A stretch of 64,000 nt of DNA from Rhizomicrobium sp. Lineage in GTDB: Bacteria > Pseudomonadota > Alphaproteobacteria > Micropepsales > Micropepsaceae. Both the position numbers and the translations under genes were made by a program. The stretch covers positions 25,351-89,350 of the forward strand of contig DATJXR010000035.1 in assembly GCA_035499995.1 (NCBI GenBank), in the 5' to 3' direction. Under the pieces are notes generated by a model, which was not told the DNA's origin, did no database searches, and was given only the letters and a program-made list of their open reading frames with translations. How positions within the stretch are numbered: position 1 is the stretch's first letter; the number at the start of each line of letters is the position of its first letter. Shown in pieces: positions 1-9,949 of this stretch.

Positions 1-935
1 ATGGGGAACACGTTCAGGCGATAGTAGAGGTCTTCGCGGAACAGCCCCTCGCGCGCCCGCTCGGCGAGATCGCGGTTGGTGGCGGAGATGATCCGCACGT
101 CCACCTTCACGGGCCGCTTGCCGCCGACGGGATCGACTTCGCCTTCCTGCAGCGCGCGCAGCAGTTTCACCTGCATGTCGAGGCGCAGTTCGCCGATCTC
201 GTCCAGGAACAGCGTGCCGCCGTCGGCCTCCTGGAACTTGCCCAGGTGCTTGTCGGTCGCGCCGGTGAACGAGCCCTTCTCGTGGCCGAAGAGGATCGAC
301 TCGATGAGGTTTTCCGGGATGGCGCCGCAGTTCACCGTCACGAACGGCTTGCCCGCGCGGTCGGACGAGCCCTGGATCGCGCGCGCGACCAGTTCCTTGC
401 CCACGCCGCTCTCGCCCTCGATGAGGATCGGGATGTTGGATTGCGCGGCGCGCTGGCCGAGCCGGATCACCTGGCGCATTTCGCCCGACTTGGCGATGAG
501 GTCGTCGAAGGCGAGCCGGTTCTCGGTTTTCTTCTTGAGGCGCGTCACCTCGCCCGACAGCGTGCCGATCTTGAGCGCGTTGCGGATGGAGACGGTGATG
601 CGCTCGGGGCTGGCCGGCTTGACCAGGAAGTCGTTGGCGCCCGCGCGCATGGCCTCGACGGCGGAATCGATGCCGCCCTTGGCGGTCAGCACGATCACCG
701 GCAGGTCGGGATTCGTTACCCGGACCTTGGAGAGCACCGTCAGCCCGTCCATGTCGGGCATGACGAGGTCGAGGAGCACGATGGCGATCTGGTCGCCGCG
801 GGGGCCGTTCAGCAGGTCCAGCGCGGGCTGGCCGCCCGGGGCGGTCACGACGGTGTGCCCGGCGCGCGTGATGGCGGCTTCGAGCAGCCGGCGCTGCACG
901 GGATCGTCGTCGACAATAAGAATGGTCTGCGCCAT
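1..935 (-). CDS. sigma-54-dependent response regulator (NtrC family), truncated at the window edge (C-terminal part missing)
   Basis: Manual minus-strand translation from ATG (complement 933-935) reads [30 protein letters not shown]... This is a receiver domain (phospho-acceptor Asp region) followed by an AAA+ sigma54-interaction domain with Walker A GESGVGKE and a GAFTGA-like GSFTGA motif. The gene is absent from the ORF track because it runs off the window. The overlapping + strand ORFs 76..981 and 246..1076 are antisense artefacts. Confidence 0.8.
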   Translation of the reverse strand, partial: MAQTILIVDDDPVQRRLLEAAITRAGHTVVTAPGGQPALDLLNGPRGDQIAIVLLDLVMPDMDGLTVLSKVRVTNPDLPVIVLTAKGGIDSAVEAMRAGANDFLVKPASPERITVSIRNALKIGTLSGEVTRLKKKTENRLAFDDLIAKSGEMRQVIRLGQRAAQSNIPILIEGESGVGKELVARAIQGSSDRAGKPFVTVNCGAIPENLIESILFGHEKGSFTGATDKHLGKFQEADGGTLFLDEIGELRLDMQVKLLRALQEGEVDPVGGKRPVKVDVRIISATNRDLAERAREGLFREDLYYRLNVFP

Positions 936-1090
936 GAGCAATATCCCCGATGCAGCACGGATCGTGGCCCACGGACGGTAAAAACCGCTTTAAGCCGTAT
1001 CGCTTTGCGACACCCGCGCGGCTATAGGAAAGCACGTAAGCCCGCCGCGATGTGCGCAACCCCGGCGGCTTGGTGAAGGAGCGGTAAAGA

Positions 1091-2434
1091 ATGGCCACCC
1101 GCGTCAACGCAATCGTAATCGGCGCGGGCTTCGCGGGCCTGAAGGCCGCGAGCGTGCTGGCCGAGCGGGGCCTGAGCGTCACCGTCCTGGAAGCGCGCGA
1201 CCGCGTGGGCGGCCGTGTCGAAGCCGGCGAGCTGTGCGGGCGCACCATCGATCGTGGCGGCCAGTGGATCGGGCCCGGCCACGACCTCCTGCTCGCCGAA
1301 GGCCGCCGCTTCGGATGCGAGACGTATCTGCAATACGCCCAGGGCAAGACCATCCTCTCCCTCGGCGGACGGAAGAGCGAGTTCAAGGGCAACATCCCGA
1401 AGATGGGCCCGATCTCGCTGGTGGAGCTCGCCATGCTCCAGGCGCGCTGGAACAAGGAGATGAAGACGCTGCCCAGGGGCGCGCCATGGGAAGCGCCGAA
1501 GGCGAAGGAATGGGATGCGCAGACGCTCGCCACCTGGTCGCGGAAGAACTTGAGCACAAAAATGACGCGCGGTTTCGCCGGGCTCGTGCCGAGCGGCGCC
1601 TACGGGGCGGAGGCAACGGATGTATCCTACCTCTGGCTGATGGAGATGTTGCGCTCCAATGGCGGGCTCGACTACCTGATGAATGTCGAGGGCGGCGCGG
1701 TGGATGCCAAGTTCAAGGGCGGCATGCACCAGATCGCGCGGCGCATGGCCGAGAGGCTGGGCGATCGCGTGGCGCTGTCCGCGCCGGTCCGCGCCGTCGC
1801 GCAGGGCGAAGCCGGCGTCACGGTGGTATCGGACAGGGGCACGTTCCACGCCGATGACGTCATCGTCGCCATGCCGCCGGTCATCTGCCAGCGCATCGAT
1901 TTCGGCACGGCGATCTCGGCCAGGCGCGCGGCGCTGCAGCAGCGCATGCCGCAGGGCGCCATCATCAAGGTGCATGTCGCCTACAACGAGCCGTTCTGGC
2001 GGCGGAAGGGCTATTCGGGGCAGATCGCGGCCAACGACCGGACGCTGGGCCTGACGCTGGACGACGCGCAAGAGGGGGCCCCCGCGCTCCTCATCGGCTT
2101 CATCGAAGGCGCGCATGCCTACGAGCTCTCCGCCGTGGGCGGCAACGAGCGTCGCGCCAAGGTCATCGACTGCCTGGTCGAGATGTTCGGGCCCGAAGCC
2201 AACGACGCCATCGGCTATGCGGAAAAGGACTGGGTGGCGGACGAATGGGCGCGCGGCTATGTCGGCTTCATGCCGCCGGGGCTGCTCACGCGCTACGGCA
2301 CGGCGCTGCGCGAGCCGTGCGGGCGCATCCACTGGGCGGGCAGCGAGACCGCCGAGCACTGGTACGGCTACATCGAGGGCGCGTTGCTGTCGGGCGTCCG
2401 CGCGGCCGAAGAGGTCATGGCGGCGCGCGGCTGA
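1091..2434 (+). CDS. flavin-containing amine oxidase (monoamine-oxidase-like FAD oxidoreductase)
   Basis: 447-aa ORF with an N-terminal FAD dinucleotide motif (VIGAGFAGLKAASVLAERGLSVTVLEARDRVGGR) and amine-oxidase-like C-terminal region. First gene of a tightly coupled array. Confidence 0.8.
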   Translation: MATRVNAIVIGAGFAGLKAASVLAERGLSVTVLEARDRVGGRVEAGELCGRTIDRGGQWIGPGHDLLLAEGRRFGCETYLQYAQGKTILSLGGRKSEFKGNIPKMGPISLVELAMLQARWNKEMKTLPRGAPWEAPKAKEWDAQTLATWSRKNLSTKMTRGFAGLVPSGAYGAEATDVSYLWLMEMLRSNGGLDYLMNVEGGAVDAKFKGGMHQIARRMAERLGDRVALSAPVRAVAQGEAGVTVVSDRGTFHADDVIVAMPPVICQRIDFGTAISARRAALQQRMPQGAIIKVHVAYNEPFWRRKGYSGQIAANDRTLGLTLDDAQEGAPALLIGFIEGAHAYELSAVGGNERRAKVIDCLVEMFGPEANDAIGYAEKDWVADEWARGYVGFMPPGLLTRYGTALREPCGRIHWAGSETAEHWYGYIEGALLSGVRAAEEVMAARG

Positions 2435-2437
2435 AAC

Positions 2438-3793
2438 ATGGCGAAAGAGGAAGGCAGCAGCTTCACCGGCCGCCTGGCGCGCTTCGCCAGGGTCTCCGCC
2501 GGCATGGCCGGCGTGGCGGCGCGCGGCGCGGGCCGCAGGCTCGGCGGCACGAACGTGATCAGCGCCGCCAATGCCGCGGACCTCACGCGGGTGCTCGGGA
2601 ATCTGCGCGGCCCGGTGATGAAGGCCGCGCAGTTCGTGGCCACGGTGCCCGGCGTGCTGCCGCCCGAGGTTGCGGCTCCGCTCCTGACTTTGCAGTCCAA
2701 CGCGCCGCCGATGGGCTCGGCCTTCGTGCGCCGGCGCATGGCGGCCGAGCTGGGGCCGGACTGGGAGAAGAAGTTCCGGAGCTTCGAGCGGGAGGCGGCC
2801 CACGCGGCCTCCCTCGGCCAGGTGCATCGCGCCGTGGCGAAGGACGGAACCGCGCTCGCCTGCAAGCTCCAATATCCCGACATGAGCTCCGCGGTGGACG
2901 CCGACGTGCGCCAGCTCAGGGGCTGGCTCGCCGTCCAGCGCGGGATCGATCCGACCATCGATACGACGGAGTTCGGCCGCGAGGTCGCCGTCCGCCTGCG
3001 CGAGGAGCTCGACTACGATCTCGAGGCCGCGCATATGCGGCTCTATGCGATCATGCTCGCCCATCGCGACGACATCTCCGTGCCCGAGCCGTATGCCGCG
3101 CTTTCGACCAGGCGGCTCCTGACCATGCGCTGGCTCGATGGCCGGCCCATCGCCGAATTCGAGAACGCCGGGCTCGACGTGCGCAATGCGGCGTCTGTCG
3201 CTCTGTTCAAGGCCTGGTGGAGCCCCTTCGCGCGCCATGGCGTGATCCATGGCGATCCGCACCTGGGCAACTATGCCGTGCGCGAGGACGGCGGCATCAA
3301 TCTTCTCGATTATGGCTGCGTGCGCACCTTCACGCCCCGGTTCGTGGCGGGCGTCGTCGGCCTCTACCGCGCCATCCGGAAGAAGGACGACGCGCTTGCC
3401 GCAAAGGCCTATCGCGCCTGGGGATTCACGAACGTCTCCGCCGAGATGGTCCAGGTGCTCAATCTCTGGGCAAGATTCATCTTCGATCCGCTGCTGGATG
3501 ACCGCGTCCGCGCCGTGGACAACGGCGTCGCGGCCGCGGAATACGGCCTCAAGCAGGCCAACGAGGTGCATGCGAAGCTGCGCGCGCTGGGCGGCATCCG
3601 GCCGCCGCGGGAATTCGTGTTCATGGATCGCGCGGCGATCGGGCTCGGCGGCGCGCTCATCCGGCTGGGCGCGCGGCTCAATTTCCACCGGCTTTTCGAG
3701 GAAGAGATCGCCGATTTCGACGTCGACGCCCTTGCCAAGCGCCAGTGCGCGGCGTTCAAACAGGCGCGCGTGCCGCTGCCGGAGGGGTCATGA
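2438..3793 (+). CDS. ABC1/UbiB-family atypical protein kinase
   Basis: 451 aa with ABC1 kinase-like motifs (VAVKLQYP-like region, HGDPHLGN catalytic motif). Starts 3 nt after the amine oxidase stop. Confidence 0.8.
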   Translation: MAKEEGSSFTGRLARFARVSAGMAGVAARGAGRRLGGTNVISAANAADLTRVLGNLRGPVMKAAQFVATVPGVLPPEVAAPLLTLQSNAPPMGSAFVRRRMAAELGPDWEKKFRSFEREAAHAASLGQVHRAVAKDGTALACKLQYPDMSSAVDADVRQLRGWLAVQRGIDPTIDTTEFGREVAVRLREELDYDLEAAHMRLYAIMLAHRDDISVPEPYAALSTRRLLTMRWLDGRPIAEFENAGLDVRNAASVALFKAWWSPFARHGVIHGDPHLGNYAVREDGGINLLDYGCVRTFTPRFVAGVVGLYRAIRKKDDALAAKAYRAWGFTNVSAEMVQVLNLWARFIFDPLLDDRVRAVDNGVAAAEYGLKQANEVHAKLRALGGIRPPREFVFMDRAAIGLGGALIRLGARLNFHRLFEEEIADFDVDALAKRQCAAFKQARVPLPEGS

Positions 3794-4839
3794 GCGAGGC
3801 GAAGTCGTTCGACTACTGGGATTTCTTCCTCGTCGAATGCCAGCGCGCCAATGCTCCCCTCTATGTCGAGATCGTCCGCGGCATCGGCGCGGATGACGAT
3901 CTCAAGGAGCTGGCCTCGCATCTGACGCCCGGCCAGCCCATGGCGAACGTCATTCTCGCGGCCGTCCATTTCCTCCTGTTGCGCGGCGCCCAGCATCCGC
4001 TGCGCCAATGCTACGCCAATCTCAACGGCGGCGAGCGCCGGAACGGCGAAGACGCCTTCCCGCTGTTCAAGGATTTCGTGAACGCGCACCGCGACGAGGT
4101 CGCCGCGCTGATTGCCAGAGGCATCACCAACACCAACGAAGTCGCGCGCTGCTCGGCGCTGCATCCGGCTTTCCGCACCGTGGCGAAGGAAGCGGGCGAA
4201 CCGCTGGCGCTGATCGAGATCGGCCCCAGCGCCGGGCTCAACATGGTATGGGACAAGTATCGCGTCCGCTATGCGCGCGCCGGCCAGACGCTTCATGCCG
4301 GTCCCGGCGACGCGGCGCTCACCATCGATTGCGTGCTGCGCGGCGAGCAGGTTCCTCCCATGGGCCCGTCGCCCAGGGTCGCGCGGCGCATGGGGCTGGA
4401 GCTCAATCCCGTCGATCTCTCCGATCCGTATTGGCGCGACTGGCTGAGGGCGCTGGTGTGGCCGGACCAGGTGGAGCGTTTCACGCGGCTGGAGACAGCG
4501 ATCGACATCGCGGCGGAGGAGAAACAGGACATCCGCCCCGGCTCCGCGCTCGATCTGCTCTCCGGCGCGATCGCCGGGATCCCGCAGGACCTGCCGGTCT
4601 GCGTCTACCACACCCATGTCGTCTATCAGTTCACCGAAGAGATGCGCGCCACGCTGAACGACATCCTGGTCGCCGCGAGCCTGCGCCGCCCGGTGTGGCG
4701 GCTCTCCATCGAGGGCAGCGTGCACACGCCCGGCACCGCGGAAATGAAGCTCGCCCGCTATCACGACGGCACGCGCGCGCTGCGCCAGCTCGGGCTTTGC
4801 CACCCGCATGGCGCGTGGCTAGAGTGGCAGGACGCATGA
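3790..4839 (+). CDS. DUF2332-family protein
   Basis: Internal Met 16 of track ORF 3745..4839 ([13 protein letters not shown]...). The ATG overlaps the upstream stop (ATGA). Assigned to the DUF2332 family by memory of that family's sequences. Confidence 0.6.
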   Translation: MSEAKSFDYWDFFLVECQRANAPLYVEIVRGIGADDDLKELASHLTPGQPMANVILAAVHFLLLRGAQHPLRQCYANLNGGERRNGEDAFPLFKDFVNAHRDEVAALIARGITNTNEVARCSALHPAFRTVAKEAGEPLALIEIGPSAGLNMVWDKYRVRYARAGQTLHAGPGDAALTIDCVLRGEQVPPMGPSPRVARRMGLELNPVDLSDPYWRDWLRALVWPDQVERFTRLETAIDIAAEEKQDIRPGSALDLLSGAIAGIPQDLPVCVYHTHVVYQFTEEMRATLNDILVAASLRRPVWRLSIEGSVHTPGTAEMKLARYHDGTRALRQLGLCHPHGAWLEWQDA

Positions 4840-5285
4840 CCGACGATCTCCTCGACGACGACGCGCCCGTCATTCCCGAAGGCTATCGCCGCATGGACTG
4901 GTTCCGCGGCTTCGGCCGGCAGATCGGGCCCCTCTATGAGCGCCTGGGCGGGGAACTCGGCTATACGCGCGCCTTCCTCGTCTGCGAGCATCACACCAAC
5001 GGCATGATGAACTGCCACGGCGGCATGCTGATGGCTTTCGCCGACACCGCGTTCGGCCACGCCGTGTCGCTGCGCAAACGCAGCCACTACTGGGTCACGG
5101 TGCGGCTGGTCACGGACTTCCTGTCCGCCGCCAGGCTCGGCGACTGGGTGGAAGGCAACGCCGAGGTCGTGGGCGAGGAGGACGGCGTCTTCACCGTGAT
5201 GGGCCGCATCTGGTGCGGCGAGCGCACGGTCATGGCCGGCACCGGTGTGTTCAAGACGCTCGGTCCGCGCCCGGAGCGCCGCTAG
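4836..5285 (+). CDS. PaaI-family (hotdog-fold) thioesterase
   Basis: 149-aa C-terminal part of track ORF 4008..5285 starting [17 protein letters not shown]... The ATG overlaps the upstream stop. The CHGG motif fits PaaI/hotdog thioesterases. The N-terminal 275 aa of the track ORF is an out-of-frame artefact overlapping DUF2332. Confidence 0.7.
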   Translation: MTDDLLDDDAPVIPEGYRRMDWFRGFGRQIGPLYERLGGELGYTRAFLVCEHHTNGMMNCHGGMLMAFADTAFGHAVSLRKRSHYWVTVRLVTDFLSAARLGDWVEGNAEVVGEEDGVFTVMGRIWCGERTVMAGTGVFKTLGPRPERR

Positions 5286-6254
5286 GTGAGCGAACCGGCT
5301 TTCGTCGTTCCGGCCGAAGGTCCCCTGGCTCCGCTCGGCGGGGCCGCGCCTCCCGCGCCGGCCTGGTTCGGGCGCGCCACCGGCGAGACGCCGGAAAGCC
5401 GCTTCGTCCAGGTCGAAGGCGCGCCGATCCATTATCTGCGCTGGGGCGACCGCGCGCGGCCGGGCCTGCTGCTGGTCCACGGCAATGCCGCGCACGCCTA
5501 TTGGTGGAGCTTCATCGCGCCGTTCCTCGCCCGCGAATACAATGTCGCGGCCATGGACCTGTCCGGCATGGGCGATTCGGGCTGGCGGCAGGCCTATTCG
5601 ATGGAGACGTTCGCGAAGGAAGAGCTTGCCGTCTGCGAGGACGCGGGCATGTTCGCGCCGGCCGAGCCGCCCATCATCGTGGCGCACAGCTTCGGCGGCT
5701 TCGTCACCATGCTGACGGGGGCGCTGCATGGTGACCGGCTGGCCGGCACGGTGATCGTCGACTCGCCGGTGAACCCGCCCGACCGGCCGGGCGGCCCGCC
5801 CAAGCGCGTGATCAAGCCACACAAGGTCTATCCCACCATGGCGGCGGCGCTGGCCCGCTTCCGGCTGATGCCGCCCCAGACCTGCGACAATCTCTACCTC
5901 GTGGACTGGATCGGCCGGCGCTCGCTCAAGGCGGTGCCCCAGGAAAACGGGCCATCCGGCTTCACCTGGAAGTTCGATCCGGCCATCTGGCAGCGCTTTT
6001 CCATCGGCGACACCGCGGCCCGGCTCAAGGCGATCAAGTGCCGAATCGCCATTTTCCGGGGCGAGAATTCGGTCCTCATGCCGCCGGAGATCGGCGCCTA
6101 CATGTTCAACCTGCTCGACAAGGCGGTGCCGATCGTCACCGTGCCCGAGGCCCAGCATCACGTGATGCTGGACCAGCCGCTGGCGCTGGTGGCCGCGCTC
6201 AGGGCCCTTCTGGCGGATTGGGACCACTCGATCTCGACCCGTAGACCCGGCTGA
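5286..6254 (+). CDS. alpha/beta-fold hydrolase
   Basis: 322 aa with a GTG start immediately after the thioesterase stop, a nucleophile elbow (HSFGG) and a C-terminal His motif. Confidence 0.7.
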   Translation: MSEPAFVVPAEGPLAPLGGAAPPAPAWFGRATGETPESRFVQVEGAPIHYLRWGDRARPGLLLVHGNAAHAYWWSFIAPFLAREYNVAAMDLSGMGDSGWRQAYSMETFAKEELAVCEDAGMFAPAEPPIIVAHSFGGFVTMLTGALHGDRLAGTVIVDSPVNPPDRPGGPPKRVIKPHKVYPTMAAALARFRLMPPQTCDNLYLVDWIGRRSLKAVPQENGPSGFTWKFDPAIWQRFSIGDTAARLKAIKCRIAIFRGENSVLMPPEIGAYMFNLLDKAVPIVTVPEAQHHVMLDQPLALVAALRALLADWDHSISTRRPG

Positions 6255-6306
6255 TCCCTTTGCTATATTCGCTCCCGGTTCACGATCCAGCCGCTTGGGG
6301 AATGCA

Positions 6307-6453
6307 ATGGCCGACGATTCCGGACATATGAGCGACACAGACATGAAGGAGCACCTGAGGACCTGGCACGGCTTCATGTCCTTCGTGAAATGGATGATCA
6401 TCGCGAATGTGGGGCTCCTGATCTTCCTCGCCTATTTCCGCACGCACGATTGA
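6307..6453 (+). CDS. small membrane protein, bacterial aa3-type cytochrome oxidase subunit IV-like (COX4_pro-like); missed by the ORF track (<60 aa)
   Basis: ATG at 6307 gives MADDSGHMSDTDMKEHLRTWHGFMSFVKWMIIANVGLLIFLAYFRTHD* (48 aa): a charged N-terminus, a TWxGF motif and a single hydrophobic helix. Its stop TGA overlaps the pntAA start (TGATG). GC-rich third codon positions support coding. Confidence 0.55.
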   Translation: MADDSGHMSDTDMKEHLRTWHGFMSFVKWMIIANVGLLIFLAYFRTHD

Positions 6454-7583
6454 TGAAGCTCGCCATCCTGAAGGAGCGTCGCGCCGGCGAAGCGCGCGTC
6501 GCCGCCACGCCGGACACCGTGAAGAAGTACAAGGGGCTCGGCCTCGAGGTCGCGGTCGAGGCGGGCGCGGGCGAGAAGGCGCAATTCTTCGACAACGACT
6601 TCGCGGCCGCTGGCGCGGCGGTCTCGCCGGACCGCGCGACGCTCCTGGCCGACGCCGACATCGTGCTCAAGGTACGGCCGCCGGATGCCGGCGAGATCGC
6701 GGCGATGAAGAAGGGCGCGGTCTACGCCTCGCTGATGGCGCCCTATGCGGAGAAAGACACGATCGCGGCGCTCGCCGCGCGCGGCGTGGACGCCTTCGCC
6801 ATGGAATTCATCCCCCGCATCAGCCGCGCCCAGGCGATGGACGTGCTGTCGAGCCAGGCCAACCTCGCCGGATACAAGGCGGTGATCGACGCCGCCGCCA
6901 CCTTCGGCCGCGCCATGCCGATGATGATGACGGCGGCGGGCACCATCGCGCCGGCGCGCGTGTTCATCATGGGCGTTGGCGTGGCGGGCCTGCAGGCGAT
7001 CGCCACCGCGCGCCGGCTGGGCGCGATCGTCACGGCGACCGACGTGCGTCCCGCCACGAAAGAGCAGGTCGTCTCGCTGGGCGCGAGTTTCGTCGCCGTC
7101 GAGGACGAAGAGTTCAAGCAGGCCGAGACCGCCGCGGGCTACGCCAAGCCGATGTCGGCGGAGTACCAGGCCAAGCAGGCGGCCCTGGTGGCCGAGCACA
7201 TCCGCAAGCAGGACATCGTCATCACGACGGCGCTGATCCCCGGGCGCAAGGCGCCGGTGCTGGTCACCGCCGAGATGATCGCGACGATGAAACCGGGCTC
7301 GATCATCGTGGACCTCGCCGCCGAGCAGGGCGGCAACACCCCCTTGACCAAGGCCGACGAAGTGATCGAGACGCACGGCGTCACCATCATGGGCTACACC
7401 AATCTGCCCGCACGGCTGGCGGTGGACACCTCTGCGCTCTATGCCCGCAATCTCTTCAATTTCGTCAGCCTGATCGTCGACAAGAAGACCGGCGCGCTGG
7501 CGCTCGACTGGAACGACGAGATCGTCAAGGGCGCGGGGCTCACCCACGGCGGCGAGATCGTGCATCCGAGCCTGAAAGGCTGA
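6453..7583 (+). CDS. pntA: NAD(P) transhydrogenase subunit alpha part 1 (PntAA)
   Basis: Starts at Met 22 of track ORF 6390..7583 (MKLAILKERRAGE...). Alanine-dehydrogenase/PNT N- and C-domains with an NAD-binding GVGVAGLQA motif. Confidence 0.9.
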   Translation: MKLAILKERRAGEARVAATPDTVKKYKGLGLEVAVEAGAGEKAQFFDNDFAAAGAAVSPDRATLLADADIVLKVRPPDAGEIAAMKKGAVYASLMAPYAEKDTIAALAARGVDAFAMEFIPRISRAQAMDVLSSQANLAGYKAVIDAAATFGRAMPMMMTAAGTIAPARVFIMGVGVAGLQAIATARRLGAIVTATDVRPATKEQVVSLGASFVAVEDEEFKQAETAAGYAKPMSAEYQAKQAALVAEHIRKQDIVITTALIPGRKAPVLVTAEMIATMKPGSIIVDLAAEQGGNTPLTKADEVIETHGVTIMGYTNLPARLAVDTSALYARNLFNFVSLIVDKKTGALALDWNDEIVKGAGLTHGGEIVHPSLKG

Positions 7584-7586
7584 ACC

Positions 7587-7898
7587 ATGGAAGCAACCAC
7601 AATCGACCCGTTCGTCTTCCGGCTGTCGATCTTCGTGCTCGCCATCTTCGTGGGCTATTTCGTGGTATGGGGCGTGACTCCGGCGCTGCACACGCCCTTG
7701 ATGAGCGTGACCAACGCCATTTCCTCGGTGATCGTGGTCGGCGCGCTGATCGCGGTGTCCGTCGAAACCATCGGCGCGTCGTCCTGGACCTCCAAGCTGC
7801 TCGGATTCGCCGCGCTGATCCTGGCCTGCGTCAACATCTTCGGTGGCTTCCTTGTCACCGCGCGCATGCTCGCCATGTACAGGAAGAAGAACGGCTGA
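7587..7898 (+). CDS. pntAB: NAD(P) transhydrogenase subunit alpha part 2 (PntAB, membrane)
   Basis: 103-aa hydrophobic protein 3 nt after the pntAA stop, matching the typical split-alpha organisation of alphaproteobacterial pnt operons. Confidence 0.85.
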   Translation: MEATTIDPFVFRLSIFVLAIFVGYFVVWGVTPALHTPLMSVTNAISSVIVVGALIAVSVETIGASSWTSKLLGFAALILACVNIFGGFLVTARMLAMYRKKNG

Positions 7899-9304
7899 TG
7901 GACGCGACGCTCAAGCTCGATCTCGCCGCTCTCGCCTATCTCGTGGCCGGCGTGCTCTTCATCCTCGCGCTTAAAGGGCTGTCGTCGCCGGCGTCGTCGC
8001 GCGCCGGCAACCGCAACGGCATGATCGGCATGGCGATCGCGGTGGCGACGACGCTGTGGGTGTCGGGCGTCACCGATCCGCTGACCTGGGGGCTGATCGT
8101 GGCCGGCGTCGCCATCGGCGGCGGCATCGGCGCCGTCACGGCGCGGCGCATCGCCATGACCGCCATGCCGCAGCTGGTGGCTGCGTTCCATTCGCTGGTG
8201 GGCCTGGCGGCCGTTCTCGTCGCGGGCGCGGCGTTCTATTCGCCCGGCGCCTTCGGCATCGGCAGCGAGGGCGCGATCCGCCTTCAGAGCCTGATCGAGA
8301 TGAGCCTCGGCGTCGCCATTGGCGCGATCACCTTCGCCGGTTCGATCATGGCCTTCGCCAAGCTCAACGGAAACATGAGCGGCGCACCGATTCTCCTCCC
8401 CGCGCGGCACCTGCTCAACCTCCTGATCGCGGCGGGCATCGTCTTCCTGATCGTCTGGTTCGCGCTGTATCAGCCGGCCTGGGCGTTCTGGGCCATCGCG
8501 GCGCTATCCTTCATCTTCGGCATCACCCTCATCGTCCCCATCGGCGGCGCGGACATGCCGGTGGTCGTCTCCATGCTGAACTCCTATTCGGGCTGGGCGG
8601 CCGCGGCCATGGGCTTCACGCTGGAGAACACCGCGCTCATCATCACCGGCGCGCTGGTCGGCTCTTCGGGCGCGATCCTCTCCTACATCATGTGCAAAGG
8701 GATGAACCGCAGCTTCATCTCCGTGATCCTGGGCGGCTTCGGCGGCGAGGTGGCCGCGGCCGGCAAGGCGGAGACGCGGCCGGTCAAGCAGGGCTCGGCC
8801 GAGGACGCCGCCTTCATCATGAAGAACGCGGGCTCGGTCATCATCGTGCCGGGCTACGGCATGGCGGTGGCGCAGGCCCAGCACGCCGTGCGCGAGATGG
8901 CGGACATCCTGAAGAAGGAAGGCGTCAAGGTCTCCTACGCCATCCATCCTGTCGCGGGCCGCATGCCCGGCCACATGAACGTGCTCCTCGCCGAAGCCAA
9001 CGTGCCTTACGACGAGGTGTTCGAGCTCGAGGACATCAACTCGCAATTCGCGCAGGCCGACGTGGCCTACGTCATCGGCGCCAACGACGTGACCAACCCC
9101 GCCGCCAAGACCAATCCGCAGTCGCCCATCTTCGGCATGCCGATCCTGGACGTGGAGAAGGCCAAGACCGTGCTCTTCGTCAAGCGCGGCATGGGCTCGG
9201 GCTATGCCGGCATCGAGAACGAGCTGTTCTTCCGCGACAACACGATGATGCTCTTCGGCGACGCCAAGAAGATGACCGAAGAGATCGTGAAATCGCTGGG
9301 GTAG
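7898..9304 (+). CDS. pntB: NAD(P) transhydrogenase subunit beta (PntB)
   Basis: Met 78 of track ORF 7667..9304 (MDATLKLDLAALAYL...). The ATG overlaps the pntAB stop (TGATG). Multi-TM N-terminal region and NADP(H)-binding C-terminal domain. Confidence 0.9.
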   Translation: MDATLKLDLAALAYLVAGVLFILALKGLSSPASSRAGNRNGMIGMAIAVATTLWVSGVTDPLTWGLIVAGVAIGGGIGAVTARRIAMTAMPQLVAAFHSLVGLAAVLVAGAAFYSPGAFGIGSEGAIRLQSLIEMSLGVAIGAITFAGSIMAFAKLNGNMSGAPILLPARHLLNLLIAAGIVFLIVWFALYQPAWAFWAIAALSFIFGITLIVPIGGADMPVVVSMLNSYSGWAAAAMGFTLENTALIITGALVGSSGAILSYIMCKGMNRSFISVILGGFGGEVAAAGKAETRPVKQGSAEDAAFIMKNAGSVIIVPGYGMAVAQAQHAVREMADILKKEGVKVSYAIHPVAGRMPGHMNVLLAEANVPYDEVFELEDINSQFAQADVAYVIGANDVTNPAAKTNPQSPIFGMPILDVEKAKTVLFVKRGMGSGYAGIENELFFRDNTMMLFGDAKKMTEEIVKSLG

Positions 9305-9313
9305 ACTCGCGCA

Positions 9314-9775
9314 ATGCGCAGGCTCGCGACAGCCATCCTCGGGCTCCCGGTGGGAGAACGGGCGGTGCGCGCGCAGGTGAAGGCCTTCGTCCGCCTGCGC
9401 GACGTTCACGCCGTGCGCATGGTCATGAGCGAGAATCTCGCGCATATCACCAGCAAGTCCGGCGCGTTGCTGCAGGCGCAGGGATTGTTCGTGGTGGTGG
9501 CCGCGTTTCTGCTCACACACGGCTGGATCCGCACGCTGGCGCTCGTAGCCATCGTCCTTCTCATGCTCTCGGCGCTCGCGATCCTCACCAATCTGCGCAC
9601 GGTGCTCATCAGCGACCTGCGGCCTTCCAGCGGCGGCAATGACACGGAGCTCGAGATCGCTGTGCGGACCGCACTGCTGGCCTCGCGGCGTGGCGCCGTC
9701 TTCAACTTGGCCCTGTACCTGACATTTCTGGCTCTGGTGTTCCTCGGCCTGGCCGCGATAGGCCTTGTGCGATGA
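9314..9775 (+). CDS. hypothetical membrane protein (3-4 predicted TM helices)
   Basis: 153-aa ORF 10 nt after pntB with GC-rich third codon positions and hydrophobic segments. No recognisable family. Confidence 0.5.
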   Translation: MRRLATAILGLPVGERAVRAQVKAFVRLRDVHAVRMVMSENLAHITSKSGALLQAQGLFVVVAAFLLTHGWIRTLALVAIVLLMLSALAILTNLRTVLISDLRPSSGGNDTELEIAVRTALLASRRGAVFNLALYLTFLALVFLGLAAIGLVR

Positions 9776-9900
9776 CTGCGTTCCGCATCCGCGAGGCCGA
9801 TCTCGGCCGCGACCATGCGGCGTTTCTCTCCTTCGCCCTGGGATCGCAGCGTCACGAGCATGCGGATTACGGCATCCAGCTTGGGAAAAATCTGCGCTCA
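9772..9900 (+). pseudogene. relic N-terminal fragment of a GNAT acetyltransferase gene (paralogous to the intact GNAT at 10856..11338)
   Basis: Track ORF 9772..9981 begins MTAFRIREADLGRDHAAFLSFALGSQRHEHA... This aligns with the N-terminus of the downstream GNAT (MHWIREAVWPRDEAAALGFIMGSQHFEHA...) via the shared pattern IREA-x3-RD-x-AA-x-L-x-F-x2-GSQ-x2-EHA. Similarity ends after about 40 aa and no acetyl-CoA-binding core follows. Confidence 0.4.
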
Positions 9901-9949
9901 TGCCGTGCGCGCCCGCGTGATAGCATGCGCGGACGTCTGGGGGGCGCTC

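Noticed and set aside
936-1090. Expected sigma54 promoter upstream of the 5-gene operon
   Set aside because: The best candidate (AGCCGTATCGCTTTGCG) lacks the invariant GG, so sigma54 dependence cannot be claimed from sequence.
1022-3688. 888-aa minus-strand ORF overlapping the amine oxidase and ABC1 kinase genes
   Set aside because: Same GC-driven antisense artefact. It has no domain-like segments, and the opposite strand carries motif-bearing genes.
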